IMG/VR virus record: IMGVR_UViG_3300020336_000022
Coordinates: 1-36,738 of that record
Length of the DNA: 36,738 bases
Direction: 5' to 3' (one strand)
From: a virus
Lineage: Duplodnaviria > Caudoviricetes
Below are positions 26,574 to 34,907 of this stretch, piece by piece. The notes below the pieces were generated by a model. That model did no database searches and had not been told where the DNA came from. It was given only the letters and a program-made list of their open reading frames with translations. Position numbers and translations under genes: made by a program. Every line of letters begins with the position of its first letter. Positions within the stretch are counted from its first letter, which is position 1.

Positions 26574-28205
26574 TTATATTGTAAAGTAATCGTCAAATCC
26601 ACCAGATGCTATTAGCCTAGTGGTTTTGTTGTCGTATGTAGCGGATCCTGCAGGTCCAGTAAGCCCTGTGAATCTGGACTTGAGTACCTTAAACTTAATT
26701 GTGTTTCGTTCTGACTCTGACTCTGCAACGAGGTTCCTTGAAAAGGCGATGATGTCGAACGAGATCTGCTTGATCGAACCACTGCCTTTGATATCATCGA
26801 TAGATGCGATGTTCCCTTCCTCAAAACTCTTACCTCCTTGTGCTTTACGTAGGTGACTGATAAGACCCAGCCATACATTGTGTTTCTTAACAACCTTAAG
26901 CAGGTCAGACATTACCTTGTCTATCGCTTCGTTACCAGATAACCCTTCAGAGCCTTCCGATACCGCGATAGTAATGTGGTCAAGAACGAGGTACTTGCAA
27001 CCCATAAGGGCCATGTATTCAATCTTGTCGATAAGAGATGCGTCCCCAACGGAGCCTTGGTGATCCAAGAGAACCAGTCGCTCGTCACCAAACACAGCTT
27101 CGTATCCTGATCGCAATTCACTTTCACTAGTTGGTGGAGGATCCATGATGTTGCGTTTAAGTTGCATTGAGATAAACTTTTCGGCTGTATCTCCAACACT
27201 TTCTTCCAAACTAATGAGTCCAACCTTATCACTTGTCTTAGCAAGCAGGTCAAGAATAATCTCTTTAATGACAGTAGACTTACCACTACCAGTGCCAGAG
27301 GTAAACAAAGTAATCTCACCATATCTTATCCCCTTGAGTTTTTCATTGAGTCCTTGAAGACAATCAGGGTAAGGAACCGACTCAACATTCTGGCGTTCCT
27401 TGAGCTTTTCCCAGACTGCTTCGCCCATGATAATTCCTGCAGGGGACCACGTTTTAGCGCCCCATATACTCTCCACGACAGCATCGGGTCCATGCTTGAG
27501 GAAGAGTTCTGATGGATCTTTGCACCCTTTAAGTGACGCAACCTTACATCTCCCCGTACCCACGATACGTGCCGCTTTCTCCACAGCTTGCGATCCAGCT
27601 TCGTCTGAGTCGAACATGAGTATGACAGACTCATACTTAGATACCCACTCCCGCTGCGCCAGAAGTGTATTGATTCCTGAAGCACTGGGAAGCGATACAA
27701 CAGGGTAGACCCTTCCATACTTTTGTTTATATGCCTGAGCAACAGCGAGTGCATCCAACTCCCCTTCGGTGATGACGAGCATCTTGCTACCCACCGACTG
27801 TTCCTGACCGAATAGTTCCACATCTTTAAAATCTCCATGAACACTAAATGTTTTAGGTAGTTTTCGTTCTTTGTATGCTACGATCTTACCGTTCTTTGTG
27901 TATGGGTAGAAGTGGGATTGAGGTAGTCCTTCTGGGGTTACACTCATTTTTACATTAAAGTAATCTACTACTTCTTTAGAGATACCACGAGAAGAAATAC
28001 CATAGCTACGATAAGAATCGATATCGGAGAATCTAGTAAGCTCATTAAAGGTGGCGGGTTCATAACTATCCATTTCTGTTTCTACTTTCTTTGATTTGCC
28101 ACAGCTGAAGCAGTGTCCTACTCCATCACTGTACGTTGTAAATGCATCGGAGCTACCACATCCAGGGAATGGGCAGGGTCCTCTAGTATATCTTTTATCA
28201 TCCAT
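26574..28205 (-). CDS. Primase-helicase (T7 gp4-like)
   Basis: Zn finger CPFPGCGSSD...CFSC, TOPRIM ITEGELDA / FDSD, Walker A SGTGSGKST, LVLDH, KGSGSIKQ. Confidence 0.96.
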   Translation of the reverse strand: MDDKRYTRGPCPFPGCGSSDAFTTYSDGVGHCFSCGKSKKVETEMDSYEPATFNELTRFSDIDSYRSYGISSRGISKEVVDYFNVKMSVTPEGLPQSHFYPYTKNGKIVAYKERKLPKTFSVHGDFKDVELFGQEQSVGSKMLVITEGELDALAVAQAYKQKYGRVYPVVSLPSASGINTLLAQREWVSKYESVILMFDSDEAGSQAVEKAARIVGTGRCKVASLKGCKDPSELFLKHGPDAVVESIWGAKTWSPAGIIMGEAVWEKLKERQNVESVPYPDCLQGLNEKLKGIRYGEITLFTSGTGSGKSTVIKEIILDLLAKTSDKVGLISLEESVGDTAEKFISMQLKRNIMDPPPTSESELRSGYEAVFGDERLVLLDHQGSVGDASLIDKIEYMALMGCKYLVLDHITIAVSEGSEGLSGNEAIDKVMSDLLKVVKKHNVWLGLISHLRKAQGGKSFEEGNIASIDDIKGSGSIKQISFDIIAFSRNLVAESESERNTIKFKVLKSRFTGLTGPAGSATYDNKTTRLIASGGFDDYFTI

Positions 28206-28224
28206 CTAGTTCCATCTTTCTTCT

Positions 28225-28650
28225 TTAGCTTGACGATTTAGTTTCCTCTTGTAACTCGCTTCTCGTTTCTTGTTGAGTCTCTTCTGCTTGATTATCTTCA
28301 TACTCTCGTACTCTGATGTCAAGGAACTCTCCTCCTCGTTTAACGATTCGCTTTTCAAGTTCGATGTTGTAAACTTTATTGTCATTGAAATCCTCATACA
28401 CTCCTTGATATGTATCTAGTATTGGTTTAATTACGTTATCCAGATCTGCTCCTCTATTAGATAGACCTGCTGTAATGTTAAAGGTAACTTGACCAGCCCC
28501 GAAAGGCCAGTCAGTTCCTATAAGCTCATCACGAATCTGGTTCTGATACTCCAGATAATCCGCTGACTTGAACGTTGTCTTCCCCCTTCGGTTCCACATC
28601 TTGTTCGCACTCAGGGGTTTGATTGAGAAGTAATGACTCATTTGGTTCAT
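28225..28650 (-). CDS. rusA: RusA-like Holliday junction resolvase
   Basis: PLSANKMW and DLDNVIKPILD...ND catalytic pattern. Confidence 0.75.
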   Translation of the reverse strand: MNQMSHYFSIKPLSANKMWNRRGKTTFKSADYLEYQNQIRDELIGTDWPFGAGQVTFNITAGLSNRGADLDNVIKPILDTYQGVYEDFNDNKVYNIELEKRIVKRGGEFLDIRVREYEDNQAEETQQETRSELQEETKSSS

Positions 28651-29335
28651 CCTTACTCACCTCCTTTAGTTCATCCCATGTAGTCAGCATAGTAAGTAGT
28701 TTACGACTAAGCCAAGGGTCACCTGCATTGTTTTCTTTCCAGGCTTTCTCAACAGCTGCCCATCGTTGACCCATAGGTATACCGTCTAATAGTTTAGAGG
28801 CAGTCTTTGGACCTATACCGTGTATCCCTGGTATGTTATCACTGTTGTCACCAGTCAAGCATTGTAACATTAAGTTTAGATCTGCTTGATCATCGTTAAC
28901 AAACTCATGGGTTTTCTTAGTATAGTTGTAGTGATGACCTGGGATTTGTTTAAGGTCTTTATCAATACCACAGATAACAAAGTCTAGTTCTAATTCACGA
29001 GCTTCGTAAGCCCATATACATACTAGATCATCTGCTTCCATACCATCTGCTTCTATTCCACCCCACTTTTCTTTCATATAGTTATGACCGTAGTTAAGGG
29101 ACTCTTTTATTTCCTCTTTTAAGGACGGTCTGGTGCCCTTGTAGGGGGCATAGAGGTCTTTCCGGTAGTTCCCCCTGCCTTTGAGGGCTACACGGCACTC
29201 CTGAGGCCCTGAGAAGGCGTATGCGATACATTGATTTACAGTAGTATCGATTACTTTTCTGATCTCTGTTTTATCAGAGTTGCTGTAAGCAGCCCTGAAG
29301 TAGATAGAGTCAGCGTCAATTAAGGCTAATGCCAT
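28529..29335 (-). CDS. 5'-3' exonuclease (T7 gp6 / FEN-like)
   Basis: LIDADS, YKGTR, EADD, DKDLKQIPG, GDNSDNIPGIHGIGPKTA. Confidence 0.93.
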   Translation of the reverse strand: MALALIDADSIYFRAAYSNSDKTEIRKVIDTTVNQCIAYAFSGPQECRVALKGRGNYRKDLYAPYKGTRPSLKEEIKESLNYGHNYMKEKWGGIEADGMEADDLVCIWAYEARELELDFVICGIDKDLKQIPGHHYNYTKKTHEFVNDDQADLNLMLQCLTGDNSDNIPGIHGIGPKTASKLLDGIPMGQRWAAVEKAWKENNAGDPWLSRKLLTMLTTWDELKEVSKDEPNESLLLNQTPECEQDVEPKGEDNVQVSGLSGVSEPDS

Positions 29336-29347
29336 TACGTTTTCCTT

Positions 29348-29599
29348 TTATCTATAGACAACATCGATACCCCATTCCTTTACTTTATTTTCTAAAGGGT
29401 AGGGGTCCCAGATGTCTCTTTCATATTGCACTGCTGCGAGAAGATGGAGAATGATGTATCCTTTTGAAGTATAGTAGTAACGCAATACATCAAACCATTC
29501 TCTCGGTTCAACACCGTCTGGTTTTGGGTGGAAGGATACGATGTACCCTGGGTATTCAATTGATTGTTCATAGGGTACTTCCTTTATATTAGTGGACAT
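29348..29599 (-). CDS. Hypothetical protein (~83 aa)
   Basis: Likely start MSTNIKEV overlapping the end of the DNA polymerase gene; the ORF-track extension lies inside the polymerase. Confidence 0.65.
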   Translation of the reverse strand: MSTNIKEVPYEQSIEYPGYIVSFHPKPDGVEPREWFDVLRYYYTSKGYIILHLLAAVQYERDIWDPYPLENKVKEWGIDVVYR

Positions 29600-31415
29600 C
29601 TGCGTAGCTAGTTCCGATAACATAGTCACCACCTTCCATACAGGTAACACCAAACATTTCTGGACCTTTCTTGAAAGATTCCTGAAGTATCTCACCGACA
29701 CGATCTGCATCATCAGGATGTGACACATAAGCAATCTCATCGTGATAGAACAAGCGTGGCTCTGCACGTAGCTCTTCTTCGTCAATCTTATTCATAGCAT
29801 AAGACAATGCAGACTTACAGGTAATACCTTCAGCAGTTTGCAGCAAGTAGTTAAGTGCTTGGTATTCACCAGACACAAACACAGGTCTACCATCAAGGCC
29901 AGGGAACCAACCCTCACCTGTTGCATATTGTGTGCTGCGCCATACTTCACCTAGTTTATCTTTAAGTTCTTTCAACCCTTTGATTCCTTTGGCAAAGTCT
30001 TCACGTGACTTCTTACCAGCATTAGCATTAGACTTACCAGTTAGGATAGAACCTAACTTAGCATCACCAGCACCAAACAAATAAGCATAGAGATAGTTCT
30101 TTGCTACAGGTCTAGAACAACCAAGTGCGTCTGCATTACGTTGGTGTTGATCACCATAGATTACCTCATTAGTAAACTCATCGTTGTTTACATAGTGACA
30201 CAGACCACGTAGCTGGTTGCCAGAACTGTCTGCACCTACAACTTTCCAGTCTTCATCAGGTATGAATAGCTCACGTAACTCTTTACCCCAGGGTGCATTG
30301 ACTCCTGGAAGATTCACGATTACTTCATGTCTGCAACGGAATGTTTGAGTACCAATAGTCCACATGTTGCCATGTATACGTCCAGCTTCTAGGGTCTCAA
30401 GCCAGCCTTTAATTACAGAGCTACGGTTACGTAGAGTGTAATACTCACTGATCATTTTACCCATATCACCTAGTTTCTCTAGGGATGTATCAGTAATCTT
30501 TGGTCCTACGGTTACCCATTCACGACCAATCTTCTTTCGGTTGTACTCATCTGGCTTCCAACCTACAGTTAGTAACCAGTCCTTTACAAGTTCCATAGAT
30601 CCTAGTGTGATCTGTTCTACTGTGAACCGTTGGAACTCTTTGTTTACTGGATGCACATGTGTGTCTTCTGACTTTACTTCTTTCTCATAGAAATCTGAAA
30701 GCAAACGTGCAGTTACAGCAGTGTAGTCACCATTCTTTTTGTATTTAGGTGTTTTAGGTGTTTTATCAATGTATACTTTATGCGTACCCAACTGAGGATG
30801 TATTACTTTTTCTATCTCATCCATCCTAGTTTGCATAAGTTTAAGGTTCTTTACTGCCTTGACTCTATCAAACTTCCAACCACGGGTCTTTACACGGGCA
30901 TTGAACTTTGCAGTATCATGCTCAATTAGTAAACCTTCCTTGATTGTTGGACGTTTAGCAGCAATTCGTTTGTATTCTTCCATCAAGTGATTAAACACAT
31001 CTACGTTTAGCATTACATCTTGTACACAATAACGTAGCATTTCTCTAGAGTATCCATCCCACTCATCAAATTCAATCTTTGAGTTGTTAAGGTGTTCACC
31101 CCAACCTTTTAGGCCATGCTTGTGGGGTCTTTTGTATTGTAATACTTGAGACATAACCCAAGTGTCATATACTTTCTTATTATTTAGTTTCAAACTATAT
31201 AGTTTTTCCATAACTAAATTATCAAAGCCAATAATGTTATGACCAATTAAGACTTCTGCGTTGTTTAGTACTGCACAACCATCATCCATTCCTGGAAGAG
31301 CGTCATCGTAATCACTAAACTTGTATGTTGTACCACTGTCTAGGTTGTATGCTACAAGACACCAGACTTTAGTTGCATCAAAACCATCTGTTTCAATATC
31401 ATACACTAATTTCAT
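29589..31415 (-). CDS. Family A DNA polymerase with 3'-5' exonuclease
   Basis: DIETDG, GHNIIGFD, YCVQDV (Exo I-III); motif A DSSGNQLR; motif B RPVAKNYLYAYLFG; motif C YHDE. Confidence 0.96.
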   Translation of the reverse strand: MKLVYDIETDGFDATKVWCLVAYNLDSGTTYKFSDYDDALPGMDDGCAVLNNAEVLIGHNIIGFDNLVMEKLYSLKLNNKKVYDTWVMSQVLQYKRPHKHGLKGWGEHLNNSKIEFDEWDGYSREMLRYCVQDVMLNVDVFNHLMEEYKRIAAKRPTIKEGLLIEHDTAKFNARVKTRGWKFDRVKAVKNLKLMQTRMDEIEKVIHPQLGTHKVYIDKTPKTPKYKKNGDYTAVTARLLSDFYEKEVKSEDTHVHPVNKEFQRFTVEQITLGSMELVKDWLLTVGWKPDEYNRKKIGREWVTVGPKITDTSLEKLGDMGKMISEYYTLRNRSSVIKGWLETLEAGRIHGNMWTIGTQTFRCRHEVIVNLPGVNAPWGKELRELFIPDEDWKVVGADSSGNQLRGLCHYVNNDEFTNEVIYGDQHQRNADALGCSRPVAKNYLYAYLFGAGDAKLGSILTGKSNANAGKKSREDFAKGIKGLKELKDKLGEVWRSTQYATGEGWFPGLDGRPVFVSGEYQALNYLLQTAEGITCKSALSYAMNKIDEEELRAEPRLFYHDEIAYVSHPDDADRVGEILQESFKKGPEMFGVTCMEGGDYVIGTSYADVH

Positions 31416-31725
31416 AAGCTTTTCTTTCTAGGTAGTGTTTTTCTTTTACTGACCTGATTGTGTGACAATTAGCGCAACGTATGTCGCACTTACGAGCCTC
31501 TTTGATAATGTTCTTGATACTACAAGAAGCCATTCTATGAGGCGTATATATTTTATCTGATGGATCTCTGTGATCCCATTGAAGAGCGTAGGGGTTTTCG
31601 TTGTAACCACAATCAATACAACCTTTAGCAATTTTGTATCGGTCTAGTATTTTTCTACGTCTTCGTATCTTTAGTATTTGTTTTTTGCTGCAAGTCACTT
31701 GTCTTTTCCTTCTGGCATGTCGCAT
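31399..31725 (-). CDS. HNH endonuclease (Zn-binding)
   Basis: CIDCG...WDHRDP...CDIRCANCH; true start may be the GTG at 31698. Confidence 0.85.
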   Translation of the reverse strand: MRHARRKRQVTCSKKQILKIRRRRKILDRYKIAKGCIDCGYNENPYALQWDHRDPSDKIYTPHRMASCSIKNIIKEARKCDIRCANCHTIRSVKEKHYLERKAYEISV

Positions 31726-31850
31726 TTAGGACAGATAGTGTACTTTGAATCAATACTCATAATTGAAAATTCCTTTCCGCAAATGTCGCATATGATTGTT
31801 TTAAACGGTTTGTCGGTTATGTGATCTTGTTTGCTTCTGTCTGATTTCAT
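31695..31850 (-). CDS. Small zinc-ribbon protein
   Basis: CDIC...CPKC; ATG 31850 overlaps the upstream stop. Confidence 0.65.
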   Translation of the reverse strand: MKSDRSKQDHITDKPFKTIICDICGKEFSIMSIDSKYTICPKCDMPEGKDK

Positions 31851-32041
31851 GGTATTACACCCAATACCCAGTTTTCTGCACAATCTTCTGCATATTGTTC
31901 TGAGTGTCCTTCGATAAGCCTGTCTTCAATTACGGTTTCTCCTTTGATCATGACTACTGAGTAGCCTGTCAATTCTTTGAACACGTGAGATTTCCTGTCA
32001 GAATATTGACCATTCCCCCAGAATGTGTGTAGCTCTGTCAT
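31847..32041 (-). CDS. Hypothetical protein
   Basis: Coupled ORF; HSEQYAEDCAENWVLG C-terminus. Confidence 0.75.
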   Translation of the reverse strand: MTELHTFWGNGQYSDRKSHVFKELTGYSVVMIKGETVIEDRLIEGHSEQYAEDCAENWVLGVIP

Positions 32042-32211
32042 GGTCCAAACTCTTCCATTAGTTCATCAATGTGTTCTATAGGCTGAGACCTATCCATGTA
32101 TTCTTTATAAAGCATTTCTGTTGCGTACATTACAAGTGTATCCATGTCCCAACTATCAACACAGTTAGTGACTGCTGTAGCTATATCTTCTTCATCATAT
32201 TTTTTAATCAT
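32038..32211 (-). CDS. Small acidic hypothetical protein (57 aa)
   Basis: Not in the ORF track; MIKKYDEEDIATAVTNCVDSWDMDTL...EEFGP* fills the gap and overlaps both neighbours. Confidence 0.75.
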   Translation of the reverse strand: MIKKYDEEDIATAVTNCVDSWDMDTLVMYATEMLYKEYMDRSQPIEHIDELMEEFGP

Positions 32212-32530
32212 CTCTAGACCTTTCGATTTGTTTCTGAAGGTTCGCCAAGGCTCTCCAAGCTACTTGTGCCCAGTCCTCGTCAATCAGGTGACGCATCATA
32301 GCATCTAGTTCATCACCAGACTTAGACCTGTCCCAGTGTAGTGTCTCTGGTGTTTGACCATGTTGGATACCACCTTTGAGAGACACTTTTGATATTTCTA
32401 CGATTGCATCGGGGAAGTATTTTATGAATCCTGTGTATACTGGAATAGATTTACGTTCTTGTGCGTCACTTGGTAGTGTGGCTTTTAAGTTTCTTTTCAT
32501 GTATGCTTCATGCCTTTCGTTATCGATCAT
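32204..32530 (-). CDS. dATP/dGTP diphosphohydrolase-like protein (DUF5664-type)
   Basis: YFPDAIVEISKVS..G..QH...LHW...DAMMRHL...AWRALA pattern. Confidence 0.65.
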   Translation of the reverse strand: MIDNERHEAYMKRNLKATLPSDAQERKSIPVYTGFIKYFPDAIVEISKVSLKGGIQHGQTPETLHWDRSKSGDELDAMMRHLIDEDWAQVAWRALANLQKQIERSRDD

Positions 32531-32855
32531 CTCCAGATCCTTTAATTGTGTTTGCTTCTGCTCTTGCTGCTAGTTTATCCAGATTAGAAGTAGCAACAAG
32601 CTCAAGGTTAGTATCCAACTCTGAGGCAAGGACAGCGATATACCAAAGAGTATCGCCAAGTTCCATAGATATATTGTGTAAGGCTTCCTCGGCTTTCTCT
32701 GGGTCATTGTCGTAATCTCCACGAAGAATCTTCTTCACTTTGTTTGCGACCTCAGCAGCCTCTCCTGACAAACCTAATGCCAAGTACGGAAGTGCGTTAT
32801 CTTTTGGATAGACAGCCGTTGTAACAGCCTTTGATTGATAGTCATTTAGTTTCAT
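32520..32855 (-). CDS. mazG: MazG-like nucleotide pyrophosphohydrolase
   Basis: YQ..A..TA.YP, LGLSGEAAEVANKVKK, ELGDTLWY, NLDKL..R...GSGD.R. Confidence 0.9.
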   Translation of the reverse strand: MKLNDYQSKAVTTAVYPKDNALPYLALGLSGEAAEVANKVKKILRGDYDNDPEKAEEALHNISMELGDTLWYIAVLASELDTNLELVATSNLDKLAARAEANTIKGSGDDR

Positions 32856-32861
32856 AGTGGT

Positions 32862-32877
32862 TATATACCCCTTATAG
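32862..32877 (+). promoter_or_regulatory. Putative phage-RNAP promoter, copy 2, pointing at the + strand terS-like gene
   Basis: Exact TATATACCCCTTATAG. Confidence 0.7.
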
Positions 32878-32927
32878 AATTAATACCTTATTGATGACGA
32901 GGCTTGTCCTCGGCATAAAAGATATAC

Positions 32928-32943
32928 CTATAAGGGGTATATA
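32928..32943 (-). promoter_or_regulatory. Putative phage-RNAP promoter, copy 3, pointing at the replication operon
   Basis: CTATAAGGGGTATATA is the exact reverse complement of the motif. Confidence 0.7.
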
Positions 32944-32961
32944 GAATTTATGGAGAGAACA

Positions 32962-33366
32962 ATGCCTTTTAATCCAAAAAGCCTCAAAAACCTTAACGGT
33001 AGTTGGACTACTGAGTCTGCGAGAAAAGCACAGGCCAAGGGTGTAGAAACCCGCAAGGCTAATAAAGAAGCTAGAGATGCTGCTAAGATGTCTATGGCTG
33101 AATGGAAGCTATATAAAACAGATGTGCTTGATCAAACTGATATGACATCTTTGGATGTCCTTAAGATAATGATGATTAAAGCTGTGTCAAGAGATGACAT
33201 GGACACTGCAGTAGATATAGCAAAGACTCTAGCAGAGTTTGAAGCACCCAAGCTTGCACGTGTCGATCAGACCAATGTAGAAATACAGGCTGAAGATTTA
33301 TCTGATGAAGAACTGCAAGAACTATTAGACCAAGCAAGTGCTGAGGCGAGTGCCCCGCGACACTGA
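32962..33366 (+). CDS. Putative terminase small subunit / DNA-binding protein
   Basis: GGAGAG RBS before MPFNPKSLKNL; basic N-terminus, helical core, AEFEAPKL and LSDEEL C-terminal motifs seen in TerS-like proteins. Confidence 0.5.
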   Translation: MPFNPKSLKNLNGSWTTESARKAQAKGVETRKANKEARDAAKMSMAEWKLYKTDVLDQTDMTSLDVLKIMMIKAVSRDDMDTAVDIAKTLAEFEAPKLARVDQTNVEIQAEDLSDEELQELLDQASAEASAPRH

Positions 33367-33426
33367 TGCATTTTGTCGGTTACCCAAAAAAGATGCATAT
33401 GCGTTTTGTCGGTTAGCTAAAAGAAA
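33366..33426. repeat. Two imperfect direct repeats (period 33) with core TTTTGTCGGTTA
   Basis: ATGCATTTTGTCGGTTACCCAAAA at 33366 and ATGCGTTTTGTCGGTTAGCTAAAA at 33399. Confidence 0.8.
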
Positions 33427-33428
33427 AT

Positions 33429-33473
33429 AAAAGAGTCCCTAGATACACATTTAAGTGTACCTAGGGGCTTTTT
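33429..33473. terminator. Bidirectional intrinsic terminator
   Basis: AAAAG..CCCTAG-a-TACAC / GTGTA-c-CTAGGG..CTTTTT between convergent genes. Confidence 0.85.
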
Positions 33474-33479
33474 GGTTAT

Positions 33480-33680
33480 CTATGCGTGTACTTTAGGGCG
33501 GCTACAGAAGTTACCACCAGTACCGTTGGGGCTACCTGCAGCTAGTCGTGATACAGATAAGTAGCCTTGGTTGTTTGACCAAGAGCCTTTAGGCCCAAAT
33601 TCATTAGTAGTCCTACGGAACTGCAGGTTCTGCCGACCAATAGGGTTTACGATAATTTTAGCTGCGATTGATTTTTGCAT
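33480..33680 (-). CDS. Small basic hypothetical protein
   Basis: Likely start MQKSIAAK; last gene before the terminator. Confidence 0.65.
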   Translation of the reverse strand: MQKSIAAKIIVNPIGRQNLQFRRTTNEFGPKGSWSNNQGYLSVSRLAAGSPNGTGGNFCSRPKVHA

Positions 33681-33693
33681 GATACAAAACTTT

Positions 33694-33858
33694 CTATTGA
33701 ATGTTAAACTGTCCATCTAGTTCCTGTAGAACATAGCCTAGATCTATATATAAATGTGTAGCTTCTTCTTGTGTAAGAAGCACTTCTTCACCGCCAAAGT
33801 CGATAGCAATTTTACCATCGGCTTCAGCGTATACGTTTTCTATGTCAACGACTGGCAT
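33694..33858 (-). CDS. Small acidic hypothetical protein (54 aa)
   Basis: Not in the ORF track; MPVVDIENVYAEADGK...QFNIQ*; TAATG coupling. Confidence 0.75.
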   Translation of the reverse strand: MPVVDIENVYAEADGKIAIDFGGEEVLLTQEEATHLYIDLGYVLQELDGQFNIQ

Positions 33859-34079
33859 TACACATCGTCACTATCGTCTACGAAACCTTCTTTGAAAGCG
33901 TCATGTAAAGTCGAGATATCTGCTGTATCTATAGATCCATACACGTTGTAGTATGTTATCTCTGAACCATAGCGTTTGCCTTTGCCGATTCTGATTTCTT
34001 TACAGACAGCATCTAGTTTTATATATGCTTTTGTAGCATTTTCTAAGTTTCTTGTATATACATCAAATGATAGTTTCAT
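33858..34079 (-). CDS. Hypothetical early protein
   Basis: Start MKLSFDV just after the upstream stop, GGAG RBS. Confidence 0.7.
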   Translation of the reverse strand: MKLSFDVYTRNLENATKAYIKLDAVCKEIRIGKGKRYGSEITYYNVYGSIDTADISTLHDAFKEGFVDDSDDV

Positions 34080-34080
34080 G

Positions 34081-34308
34081 TCATACTCCATAAATTGAAT
34101 TGATTGCGTCCTCAACCATGTCATGTATTTCATCTTGAGACATGGATAAGCCAATGTTTTGTAATTCAAAGTTTACAAGGTCTTTTACATGCACTTTTAT
34201 ATATTCTTTTGATTCTGCAATGTAGTCTTCGACCATTACCCATTCATTGTAAACTTCTTGATCTACCATTTCTTGGATACTCATATGTATTTCTTTTAGT
34301 TTACCCAT
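34081..34308 (-). CDS. Hypothetical acidic early protein
   Basis: MGKLKE start, TAATG coupling. Confidence 0.7.
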   Translation of the reverse strand: MGKLKEIHMSIQEMVDQEVYNEWVMVEDYIAESKEYIKVHVKDLVNFELQNIGLSMSQDEIHDMVEDAINSIYGV

Positions 34309-34469
34309 TACATAGCCTTTAGTTTGTTATAACGAGTCCACCACATTTGCCAAGAGAACTGGTCGTTACGTTTTTTGAATAGTTCTAGCAACTCTGTAAT
34401 AGCCTCATCTGGTAGAGAGTAGTCTACAGCGAACTTAGCAAAGAACTCAAAATCTTGTTTAGTCATCAT
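34308..34469 (-). CDS. Hypothetical early protein
   Basis: Start MMTKQDFEFFA after GAGG. Confidence 0.7.
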   Translation of the reverse strand: MMTKQDFEFFAKFAVDYSLPDEAITELLELFKKRNDQFSWQMWWTRYNKLKAM

Positions 34470-34689
34470 TATCCTCGTAATAGTCAATTGAATCAGGACG
34501 TTTGAAATCGTGTTCCCAATCGTCACATTCAGCATCAAAGGTCATTGTTGTACCATCAGTGAAAGTAATACCGCCATCAGCCCATTTGACATATAGTTCA
34601 TCAATATCATCAACTTCCATACCTTCTGGTAAATTGACAAAGACTTGACCATATGTACTGTAAGATAGGTCTACTCTGATTCTGGTCAT
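34459..34689 (-). CDS. Hypothetical acidic early protein (paralogue of 36087..36485)
   Basis: TAATG coupling; RIRVD...FVNLP...VDDIDELY. Confidence 0.7.
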   Translation of the reverse strand: MTRIRVDLSYSTYGQVFVNLPEGMEVDDIDELYVKWADGGITFTDGTTMTFDAECDDWEHDFKRPDSIDYYEDNDD

Positions 34690-34907
34690 TAACAAGTCTC
34701 CAGTTGTTCTATTTGTGGATCATAGTTTTCTTCAAGATATTTACATACTTGATCCCAGTTTTCCGGTGTAAACTCAAGATTACCACACCAGATACCGTCT
34801 TGGTTTTCGTCATTACATACGACAGAGAAGTTACTGTCTTCTTCAATGATCCCATAGCACCAAGTTTCTCCACCGTCTTTACGTATGTACACATGTTTGT
34901 CAAGCAT
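34689..34907 (-). CDS. Hypothetical early protein
   Basis: Coupled ORF in the compact - strand chain. Confidence 0.7.
   Translation of the reverse strand: MLDKHVYIRKDGGETWCYGIIEEDSNFSVVCNDENQDGIWCGNLEFTPENWDQVCKYLEENYDPQIEQLETC

Noticed and set aside
29589-32855. 2-aminoadenine (Z) genome pathway
   Set aside because: No PurZ or HD-domain dATPase in the window; cannot be excluded for the rest of the genome.
33366-33426. Mini CRISPR array
   Set aside because: Only two short imperfect units, no proper spacers, no cas genes.
33761-33781. Hairpin GCTTCTT/AAGAAGC as an N4-type promoter
   Set aside because: Lies inside a 54-aa coding gene (Glu/Leu codons) and has a 7-nt loop rather than a 3-nt loop.
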